Source of the DNA: Corynebacterium glutamicum ATCC 13032
Lineage (GTDB): Bacteria > Actinomycetota > Actinomycetes > Mycobacteriales > Mycobacteriaceae
Assembly: GCF_000011325.1 (NCBI RefSeq)
Contig: NC_003450.3
Location: 810,001-842,000 of the forward strand
Direction of reading: 5' to 3'
DNA: 32,000 bases
The translations under genes and the position numbers were made by a program. Numbering within the stretch: position 1 is the first letter of the stretch; each line of letters begins with the position of its first letter. Of the stretch, positions 9,254 to 16,615 are shown in pieces. The notes below the pieces were generated by a model. The model saw nothing but the letters and a program-made list of their open reading frames with translations. It was not told the DNA's origin and searched no databases.

Positions 9254-11290
9254 GTGATCAATTTGCAGGACCTCGACGAGGATCAACGCATCGCTGCTTC
9301 TGCGCCTCGCGGACCAGTGTGCATTCTCGCCGGAGCCGGCACGGGTAAAACTCGAACGATTACTTATCGCATCGCGCATCTGATTGATCAGGGTTTTGTG
9401 AGCCCGAATCGTGTTCTTGCTGTGACGTTTACATCCCGCGCGGCAGGGGAGATGCGTCATCGCTTGAATCTCATGGGGATCGGTGGCGTGCAGGCAAGGA
9501 CATTCCACGCAGCAGCGAGGAAGCAGTTGTTGTATTTCTGGCCTCAGGTGGCGGGTAATCTGCCGTGGCGCCTGTTGGATAATAAGTTTCAACTTGTGGG
9601 TCGTGCGGTTCGTGGTGCGCGGTTGGAATCGCAGACTGAAAAAGTTCGCGATATTTTGGGTGAAATTGAGTGGGCGAAGGCGTCGTTGATTACACCTGAG
9701 CAGTATCCGGATCGTTTGGGTACGAGGACCCCTCCGGCGCCCGCGGAGAAAATCGCTGAGGTGTATCAGCGATACGAAAACATGAAGGCAACCCCTGAGG
9801 GGATGTTGCTTGATTTCGACGATCTGTTGCTTCACACCGCCGGCGCGTTGGAGAATTCCCCGGCGGTGGCGGAGGAGTTCCGCCAGCAGTATCGCAGCTT
9901 TGTGGTCGATGAGTATCAGGATGTGACGCCTCTGCAGCAGCGGGTGCTCGATGCGTGGCTCGGCGATCGCGATGACCTGACGGTTGTCGGCGATGCGAAC
10001 CAGACGATTTATTCGTTCACGGGGGCAACACCTGAATTTTTGCTTAATTTCTCGAGGAAATATCCGGAGGCAACCGTCGTCAAGCTGCAGCGCGACTACC
10101 GCTCAACGCCGCAGGTCACCGCGCTGGCCAATACCGTCATCGGCCAGGCGCGGGGGCGCGTTGCTGGCACGCGCCTGGAGCTTCAGGGAATGCGGATCGC
10201 CGGGCCGGAGCCCGAATTTTCGGCTTTCGACGACGAACCCACCGAAGCCCGCGAAGTTGCGGGCCGCATTTTGACGCTGCTTAAAAACGGCGTTCAGGCC
10301 TCAGAAATCGCCGTTTTGTACCGCATCAACGCGCAGTCGGCGGTTTTCGAGCAAGCGCTTGCCGACGCCGGCATCGTATATCAGGTGCGCGGCGGCGAAG
10401 GCTTTTTCACCCGCCCAGAAATTCGCCAAGCCCTGAGTCAACTGATCCGCACTTCCCAACGCGACGTCGATGAAAGCGATCTGGTGCGTCTGACGCAACG
10501 CACACTCGTGCCACTTGGGTTGAGTTCGGAAGAGCCCAGCGGTGCCCAAGAGCGGGAACGCTGGCAATCGCTCAACGCTTTAGTCGATCTGGTGAAAGAC
10601 CTTGTTAAAGCCACACCAGATTTGGATCTCACAGGCTTGCTGCTGAAACTTCGGGAACGCCAAGAGGCGAAGCATCCGCCGACCGTCGAAGGTGTCACCT
10701 TGGCATCGCTACACGCGGCGAAAGGCCTCGAATGGGATGCGGTGTTTCTTGTCGGACTTGTCGATTCCACGTTACCGATCAGCCACGCCATTAAATCTGG
10801 CGATGAAGCAATCGAAGAGGAACGTCGCCTGTTCTATGTCGGTGTGACCCGTGCCCGCGAACACCTCCACTGCAGTTGGGCACTCGCGAGGCAAGAAGGC
10901 GGACGGAAATCGAGAAAGCGGAGTCGATTCCTCGATGGCATAGTCGTGGAGATGGCCTCCGAATCGGGCACACCTCGCAGCAATCGTCCGAAAAACTGCC
11001 GAGTGTGCGGATCGGTTCTTTCAAGCCCTGCCGAAAAAGCTGTCGGTCGGTGTGCGAGTTGCCCGATCCAAGCGGATGAACGAGTCTTCGAACAGCTGCG
11101 AACGTGGCGCAATGACACCGCGAAGCGCGAAAACAAAGCGGCGTACATGGTGTTCAGCAATGCAACGTTGATGGCGATCGCTGAAATGAACCCCACCAAC
11201 GAAAACGAATTGCTCAGCGTGCCGGGTGTGGGGCCGATGAAGATCGAGAACTATGGCGATGACGTGCTCGCGATTTTGGGAGCACTTTAG
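9254..11290 (+). CDS. uvrD2: UvrD2-type ATP-dependent DNA helicase with tetracysteine module and HRDC domain
   Basis: GTG start 8 nt after AAGGGAG. Contains Walker A LAGAGTGKTRT, motif II VVDEYQDVT, SLHAAKGLEWD, RLFYVGVTRA, and CRVC-x14-CASC (10997-11062). The C-terminal HRDC-like region reads AAYMVFSNATLMAIAEMNP...VPGVGPMKIENYG. Confidence 0.9.
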   Translation: MINLQDLDEDQRIAASAPRGPVCILAGAGTGKTRTITYRIAHLIDQGFVSPNRVLAVTFTSRAAGEMRHRLNLMGIGGVQARTFHAAARKQLLYFWPQVAGNLPWRLLDNKFQLVGRAVRGARLESQTEKVRDILGEIEWAKASLITPEQYPDRLGTRTPPAPAEKIAEVYQRYENMKATPEGMLLDFDDLLLHTAGALENSPAVAEEFRQQYRSFVVDEYQDVTPLQQRVLDAWLGDRDDLTVVGDANQTIYSFTGATPEFLLNFSRKYPEATVVKLQRDYRSTPQVTALANTVIGQARGRVAGTRLELQGMRIAGPEPEFSAFDDEPTEAREVAGRILTLLKNGVQASEIAVLYRINAQSAVFEQALADAGIVYQVRGGEGFFTRPEIRQALSQLIRTSQRDVDESDLVRLTQRTLVPLGLSSEEPSGAQERERWQSLNALVDLVKDLVKATPDLDLTGLLLKLRERQEAKHPPTVEGVTLASLHAAKGLEWDAVFLVGLVDSTLPISHAIKSGDEAIEEERRLFYVGVTRAREHLHCSWALARQEGGRKSRKRSRFLDGIVVEMASESGTPRSNRPKNCRVCGSVLSSPAEKAVGRCASCPIQADERVFEQLRTWRNDTAKRENKAAYMVFSNATLMAIAEMNPTNENELLSVPGVGPMKIENYGDDVLAILGAL

Positions 11291-12087
11291 GAACCTAAAC
11301 TCCAACACATCGGACATTTTGGATGCACAGGGAGGGTGCGTACCGAGTTTGTTCGATCGTGGGGGTTTACTTCCTCCACAACGCCGGGCAACCATGTATC
11401 GGCAGTGACCCAGGCGACGAGTCGGGCAGCCGTCGCCATCTCCGTGACGGGATCAGGAAAGGTGGGACCGTTGGGTTGCTGATTGATAATAGAGAGCCAA
11501 TGCGGATCGATATCGCAGCGATGCAGATCCACACACATCAAACACGGCCCCGATCGTGATCTCCGGCCCGGGCCGATGATGCCACGATTATCGACGATCG
11601 CGGCGCACAGATACGTCGGCGCATATTTGTGAAGCAGCGGGGATAGACGTTGGGAATGTGCGAGCTTGTTGAGAACCAAAATGTGGCTGGAGGGAAGCTC
11701 GAAAAACTCTCGAGGCGACTCATCGATGATCTGGGGTCTGGGAACAAAGCCGGAGGTTTCCAAAAGGAAGGAGGTGACGTCGACAAGCGAACCGTCCCCG
11801 AACAGCAACACCTGCGCCGCCGCCGATTCGCGGACCACACCGAATTCTAAAAGGTCCTCGAGCAAACTGCTCGCAGCGGTGGGTGCGAGGCCTGCAGTCG
11901 TGAGGTCGGCGATGACATCAACGATCGGTCGGGCGGTCCGCAGATTCCGCAGCACCGGGACGACTCGCGACGACAGCGATGGATCGATATTTAAGACGCC
12001 AGCGCGGGTGGCGTCGATGCCGAATTGAATCGCAGAATCCGGGCGGATCAGAACTTGGGCAGAGTTGGCTAAAGCGATGTGTGTCAT
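11287..12087 (-). CDS. hypothetical protein, divergent E1/ThiF-like or cyclodehydratase-docking-like fold (low-confidence family call)
   Basis: ATG at 12087 is preceded by GGGGGAAA. The TTG at 12105 in the ORF track is less likely. The glycine loop is degenerate (VLLFGDGSLVD) and a CxxC-type motif GPCLMCVDLHRC is present. The stop shares 4 nt (TTAG) with the uvrD2 stop. Confidence 0.65.
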   Translation of the reverse strand: MTHIALANSAQVLIRPDSAIQFGIDATRAGVLNIDPSLSSRVVPVLRNLRTARPIVDVIADLTTAGLAPTAASSLLEDLLEFGVVRESAAAQVLLFGDGSLVDVTSFLLETSGFVPRPQIIDESPREFFELPSSHILVLNKLAHSQRLSPLLHKYAPTYLCAAIVDNRGIIGPGRRSRSGPCLMCVDLHRCDIDPHWLSIINQQPNGPTFPDPVTEMATAARLVAWVTADTWLPGVVEEVNPHDRTNSVRTLPVHPKCPMCWSLGS

Positions 12088-12165
12088 CTGAAAAATTTCC
12101 CCCAAAACTTAATCGACACAGTTACTTCATCTGGCCTTATTTCATCACAGTTACAATCATCTGTC

Positions 12166-12672
12166 ATGCAGGAAAAGCCAGAGATGCCAGCGATTGAGGT
12201 CATCCGTTCAGCGAAACGCACCAAAACTGTTCAAGCTCGAATTGTGGACGGGCAAATCCAGGTGCGCATCCCTGCGAGGATGTCTAAAGCGGAGGAAGAA
12301 AAAGCGGTGGGGGAGATCGTCGCAAAGCTAAAGCGACGCACCCAATCGGCCGTCTCAAGCGACGCTGACCTGATTGAGCGCGCCCATAAGTTGAACAAGA
12401 CTGTGTTGGAGGGGCGGGCGCGGGTGGAAAGTATTCGGTGGGTGAGTAATCAGAAGGGGCGGTGGGGGTCGTGCACGGTGGCGACTGCGGAGATTCGGAT
12501 TTCGGATCGTTTAAAGCACGTGCCGGATTATGTGTTGGATGCGGTGTTGGTGCATGAGCTGACGCATACGTTTATTGCGGGGCATTCGGCGGAGTTTTGG
12601 GAGTGGGCAGACAAAACGCCCCTGGCAGAGAGGGCCAAGGGCTATTTGGAGGCGTATCAGCGGTGGGGCTGA
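12166..12672 (+). CDS. DUF45/YgjP-type (M48-like) metal-dependent hydrolase
   Basis: Contains WGSCTVATAEIRISDRL...VLVHELTHTF (HExxH). A TACAAT -10-like hexamer lies at 12152-12157. Alternative start ATG 12184 is preceded by AGGAAAAG. The upstream 29 codons of the track ORF overlap the divergent gene and are rejected. Confidence 0.8.
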   Translation: MQEKPEMPAIEVIRSAKRTKTVQARIVDGQIQVRIPARMSKAEEEKAVGEIVAKLKRRTQSAVSSDADLIERAHKLNKTVLEGRARVESIRWVSNQKGRWGSCTVATAEIRISDRLKHVPDYVLDAVLVHELTHTFIAGHSAEFWEWADKTPLAERAKGYLEAYQRWG

Positions 12673-12676
12673 AGGT

Positions 12677-14104
12677 TTAGTTCTTGTCGGAGGTTCCTTC
12701 AGAACCGTCGTCCTCGGAATCATCTTCGGAATCGTTTTTCTTCTCTGCCTCTTCCGCAAGCAGTTTTTCCAGGGCGGTGATTTCTGCGATGGGGTCGAAG
12801 TCTTCGCCGTCGGATTCGCCGAGGAGTGCGTCGATGAATTCGGCTGGTTTGTCGATATCTTCGGCGGTTGGGAGGAAGTCGGGGTGGTTCCAGACTGCGT
12901 CGCGGCGTTCTACCCCTACTGCGTTTTCGACTCGGCGCCACAGTTCGGCTGCTTCGGAGACCTTCGGTGCGCCGAGCTCAATGCCGACTACCTGGGAGAA
13001 TGCTTGTTCTGCGGATCCGCCGGTTGCGCGGCGGCGCTTCCAGGCTTCGTTCATGGCGTCGGTGGATGGGATGCGTTCGCTCAGGGCTTGGGTAACTACG
13101 ATGTCGACCCAGCCTTCGACGAGTGCGAGGAGAGTTTCCAGGCGGGATACTGCGTTGGCGTTGCGGGATCCGATGCGTGGGGACAGGTCCATACCTTGGA
13201 GTTCGTTCATCATTTCCTGGAGGCGTTCAGGATCTGGGTTGTCCATTTGGAAGTTGCCCATGGCCTCTTGGATGTGTGAGGTGTCGATTTCTAGGCCGAC
13301 GGCGTATTCCTCAACGGAGGAAACGAGGCGCTCGACAAGCCACGGCACGTGCTTGAAGAGGCGTTGGCGGGCGGCTTCGCGGGCACAGATGTAAACGAGC
13401 ATTTCTTGCGGTGCCACGTTGAGGCCTTTGGATGCTTCGGCGATGTTGCCGGGCAGGACGGCAGATACGCCGACTGGGGAGATAGGCAAACCGAAGTCAG
13501 AGCCGGTGAGGGTCTGCTTTGCGAGGTCGCCCAGCGCATTTCCTAATTGAACTCCGAAGTTCATCGAAGACATGGAGTTCATCAAAGAAGACATCGGGCC
13601 CATCATCTCGCGGGCTTCTTCAGGGAGGTTTTCTAATTGGGCTTTGTTCATTTGCTCCGCAACAGGGGAGACAAGACGCTTCCACACAGGCAGGGTGTTT
13701 TCTAACCAGTTTTCTGGATTCCACGCTTCGACGCGGTGCCCGGAAGTGGGGAGCTGGGTGGCGTTATCGAGCCAGAGTTCAGCAAGGCGAAGGGACTCTT
13801 CGACTGCTTCCTTCTCAGAATCCTTCACCGGCGCTACGCGACCAATCTGCTGGCGGGCGATGCGTGCTGCTAAATCATAATTAACCGGGCCTGCTGCTTC
13901 GGGGGAGTTCATCGAATCTCCCATTCCGGACAGCATCTGGCCGAACTGGTTTAAAATATCGCCTAATCCGCCGGGGCCACCAGCGCCACCTTGTCCTCCG
14001 AATCCGAAGTTGCCACCGAAAAGGCCGAATGGGTCGTTGTTGCGGTTTTTGTCATCGTCGTCATCGTTGTTGCCAAAAGAGAAACCAAAGCCATTAGAGT
14101 TCAT
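12677..14104 (-). CDS. DUF2342/zincin-like protein (Rv3195-type) with substituted HExxH site, Gly/Phe-rich N-terminus and acidic C-terminal tail
   Basis: Starts at ATG 14104 (MNSNGFGF...). The conserved block reads ICAREAARQRLFKHVPWLVERL, where the family normally has HExxH..QF..PWL. The gene is long and strongly biased, and the plus-strand ORFs across it are shadows. Confidence 0.8.
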   Translation of the reverse strand: MNSNGFGFSFGNNDDDDDKNRNNDPFGLFGGNFGFGGQGGAGGPGGLGDILNQFGQMLSGMGDSMNSPEAAGPVNYDLAARIARQQIGRVAPVKDSEKEAVEESLRLAELWLDNATQLPTSGHRVEAWNPENWLENTLPVWKRLVSPVAEQMNKAQLENLPEEAREMMGPMSSLMNSMSSMNFGVQLGNALGDLAKQTLTGSDFGLPISPVGVSAVLPGNIAEASKGLNVAPQEMLVYICAREAARQRLFKHVPWLVERLVSSVEEYAVGLEIDTSHIQEAMGNFQMDNPDPERLQEMMNELQGMDLSPRIGSRNANAVSRLETLLALVEGWVDIVVTQALSERIPSTDAMNEAWKRRRATGGSAEQAFSQVVGIELGAPKVSEAAELWRRVENAVGVERRDAVWNHPDFLPTAEDIDKPAEFIDALLGESDGEDFDPIAEITALEKLLAEEAEKKNDSEDDSEDDGSEGTSDKN

Positions 14105-14189
14105 ATTTACCAATCTACAAGGCAACTATTTCCTATTGCTACGATCCGAACAACGCTGTAAGCGAACACAGGTTGTAGGGTGGATATTC

Positions 14190-15242
14190 GTGAATCGCCG
14201 AATCAAGACTCTGACGTGGGGTGCTATCCCTTTGGTGCTGCTGGCATCGTTGGTAAGCATTGACCATATTCCGGGAACAAACATCAACTTGAGCGTGCCT
14301 TATGCCGCTGAAGGCCCAGGTCCTACGATCAATACGCTTGGTCAGGTCGACGGCGAGGATGTTGTGTCCATCAGTAGTGCTGATCTGGATGAGACCGAAG
14401 GTAACCTGAACATGACCACTGTGTCGGTTCGTTCCGGCATGACATTGTCGCAGGTAATTTCCCGATGGCTGTTTACCGATGACACAATCGTTCCCATCGA
14501 GCAGGTTTTCCCTCCCGGCCAATCCACCGAGGAAGTCGAAGAATCCAACCGCACCGCGTTCATCTCTTCGGAGTCTTCCGCAACGATCGCCGCGATGAAT
14601 TACCTCAACATTCCCGTCGAAGTTGAAGTTGCAGAAGTCCTCACCGACAGCGCCGCAACCGGAATTTTCGAACCCGGCGACAAACTTCTCAGCATCGACG
14701 GCACCGCAATCTCCACTCCCGGCGATGCACAAACCATCGTGCGATCGAAAGCTCCCGGCGATGAGATCACGATTTCCTACGAGAGAAACGATGCGGAATC
14801 TCAAGCAACCATCACTTTGAGGGAACACCCGGATGATTCTTCGGTGGCGTTGTTGGGTATTTCAATGTTGTCGGTGCCTTCGAGCGCGATTGAGGTTGAT
14901 TACAACTTGGAAGATATCGGTGGTCCGAGCGCTGGCATGATGTTTTCGTTGGCGGTCGTCGATAAGCTTTCGCCTGGCGCGCTGAATGGTGGCAAGTTTG
15001 TCGCTGGCACTGGCACCATCGCGGAGGACGGGTCGGTGGGCCCGATTGGCGGTATTGCGCACAAGGTGCGCGCTGCGGAGGACGCGGGCGCGGAAGTGTT
15101 TTTGAGCCCTGCGGACAATTGCGCGGAGGCGATGAGTGCGAAGCCTCAGGATATGACGATCTTGAAGGTGGATTCGTTGTCTCAGGCAATCGATCAGATG
15201 GCTGCCTACAACGAGGGCTCTGATTTCCAGACGTGTGGCTAG
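14190..15242 (+). CDS. membrane-anchored PDZ domain / Lon-like S16 serine protease (YlbL/Rv3194c type)
   Basis: GTG 14190 follows AGGGTGGA. Has an N-terminal TM helix (TWGAIPLVLLASLV), a PDZ-like region (FEPGDKLLSIDGTAISTPGDAQTIV), and a Lon catalytic region (GGPSAGMMFSLAVVDKL ... IGGIAHKVRAAEDAGA). Confidence 0.85.
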   Translation: MNRRIKTLTWGAIPLVLLASLVSIDHIPGTNINLSVPYAAEGPGPTINTLGQVDGEDVVSISSADLDETEGNLNMTTVSVRSGMTLSQVISRWLFTDDTIVPIEQVFPPGQSTEEVEESNRTAFISSESSATIAAMNYLNIPVEVEVAEVLTDSAATGIFEPGDKLLSIDGTAISTPGDAQTIVRSKAPGDEITISYERNDAESQATITLREHPDDSSVALLGISMLSVPSSAIEVDYNLEDIGGPSAGMMFSLAVVDKLSPGALNGGKFVAGTGTIAEDGSVGPIGGIAHKVRAAEDAGAEVFLSPADNCAEAMSAKPQDMTILKVDSLSQAIDQMAAYNEGSDFQTCG

Positions 15243-15916
15243 TTTTTAGACGCTGAGGTTTCTTCCGAGGACTCTTCAGTGTCCTTCGGTGTCGACAGCC
15301 CAAGTTCGTAGATGCGTTCCTCCGGATCGATTTTGTCGGAGGACACCATTTGCTGCAGCACTAGGCCTTGGTCATTATCAACGACCGTGATAATCGACAT
15401 CGTGCCAATCGTGGTCCAGCCCACAACCTTGGATCCGGAATCCTCAACCACGCGTGAGCTGCGCAGTTCCGTGAGCAGCTGCGTCGTGCTCGTGGCCTTC
15501 GACGCATTGTCAAAGAATTGGAATTGGCCAACTTCCGGCCCGTTGCACGCGAAGGAATCCTCGACCCCTGACGGGTCGCAGGTTTCGAATTGCTCAAAAA
15601 GCTCGACGGGCGCGAGCGAGGAGAAAGCTTTATAGGCGACTTCAACGTCCTTGGTCATACGAGGTTTGCTTGTCGACGTCTCCCCACTCTCTTTCGTCGA
15701 CGTTTCGGCAGTGCTTGACTCTGTCGTTTCAATTACTGAAGACGAAGCAGTGGTAGCAGGAGTTGTCGTTGCTTCCGTTGTTGTCGCAGGAGTTGTTTCT
15801 GCCGTGGATTCAGTGGAAGTTTCGGTGGATCCGCCGCCCGTACATGCAGCTAAAAGAGGAATGAGCGCCACTAATCCCAGTGCAACGCGGACATGCTTGT
15901 GCGGGGTGGACGCCAC
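15239..15916 (-). CDS. lipoprotein with Thr/Glu/Ser-rich linker
   Basis: GTG start 8 nt after GAGGAG. The signal peptide has the lipobox LLAAC|TGG. It is followed by about 70 aa of T/E/S/A low complexity and then a globular domain. The stop shares CTAG with the convergent protease gene. Confidence 0.75.
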   Translation of the reverse strand: MASTPHKHVRVALGLVALIPLLAACTGGGSTETSTESTAETTPATTTEATTTPATTASSSVIETTESSTAETSTKESGETSTSKPRMTKDVEVAYKAFSSLAPVELFEQFETCDPSGVEDSFACNGPEVGQFQFFDNASKATSTTQLLTELRSSRVVEDSGSKVVGWTTIGTMSIITVVDNDQGLVLQQMVSSDKIDPEERIYELGLSTPKDTEESSEETSASKN

Positions 15917-15992
15917 AGTGTGAACTCCTCAAATAAATTGTGGGCGGGGTTAACTTAATTTATCCTAGCGAACCTGGACGAAAAGTCAGTTT

Positions 15993-16517
15993 TTAGATTT
16001 CGTCTGGGTCCGCTTCGAGGGTGTAGCGCAGTGCTGCGATTACACCCGGTGCAACCCCTGGGCCGCCGCGCAGTTCGATTTCATCTTCAGCAAACGGTCC
16101 GCGTTCTGCCAATTCCTCTTCGGTGGGGCGAAGCTGCAGAAGGGTGAGTTCTGCTTCGCCGCGCAAAACGCCGGAAAAAAGACGAGCGGGTCGTGGTTCT
16201 GAGCCTGCAACGGCAGCATCGGTGAACATAATTTCCTGAGCCAACACCGCGCCGGCAATCTCTGCTGGCCACGCCAAACGGGACACATAGTCACCTAACG
16301 CTTCGGAACCTGGCAGCAAGTTGTCAGGGAGGTTGTCCTGTACAACAAGGGTTAGTGGGGAGTCGTCAGCTGCCTCATCAAGAGTATCCACCAGCATTTC
16401 AGTGGGGACCAATGCGAACAGGGTAGGGCCGGCGTCCCAACCTTCGGCGTGGATAAACTCGACGGCTTCGAGCATCGCTTTATTCAGTGCTTGGGGACTA
16501 AAAATGGAATCGTTCAT
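15993..16517 (-). CDS. conserved actinobacterial cytoplasmic protein of unknown function (possibly PPA1309-type family)
   Basis: 174-aa acidic ORF with an AAGGA RBS 7-8 nt before ATG 16517. Codon bias matches the core. It is divergent from the UPF0182 gene. Confidence 0.7.
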   Translation of the reverse strand: MNDSIFSPQALNKAMLEAVEFIHAEGWDAGPTLFALVPTEMLVDTLDEAADDSPLTLVVQDNLPDNLLPGSEALGDYVSRLAWPAEIAGAVLAQEIMFTDAAVAGSEPRPARLFSGVLRGEAELTLLQLRPTEEELAERGPFAEDEIELRGGPGVAPGVIAALRYTLEADPDEI

Positions 16518-16615
16518 AATTTTTTCCTTTTGTGAACTACTTGTTGGCCTTTATAGGTGATTAAACCGTAGAGTGGGGGAGAAACGCATAATCACGTACA
16601 TATAAGGATATTGTC

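Noticed and set aside
12575-13394. Two plus-strand ORFs (234 and 236 aa) across the DUF2342 gene
   Set aside because: They are shadow frames with Ser/Arg/Gly-rich low-information sequence. The minus-strand product has conserved family blocks.
14010-14189. N-terminal extension of the PDZ/Lon ORF in the track (start at 14010)
   Set aside because: It would overlap the divergent DUF2342 gene by about 95 nt and has no RBS. GTG 14190 has AGGGTGGA upstream and gives a sensible TM-anchored N-terminus. The same logic trims the pdxS ORF (20940 to 21075).
14139-14828. 229-aa minus-strand ORF antisense to the PDZ/Lon protease gene
   Set aside because: It is a shadow ORF with no RBS, and the PDZ and Lon motifs are on the plus strand.
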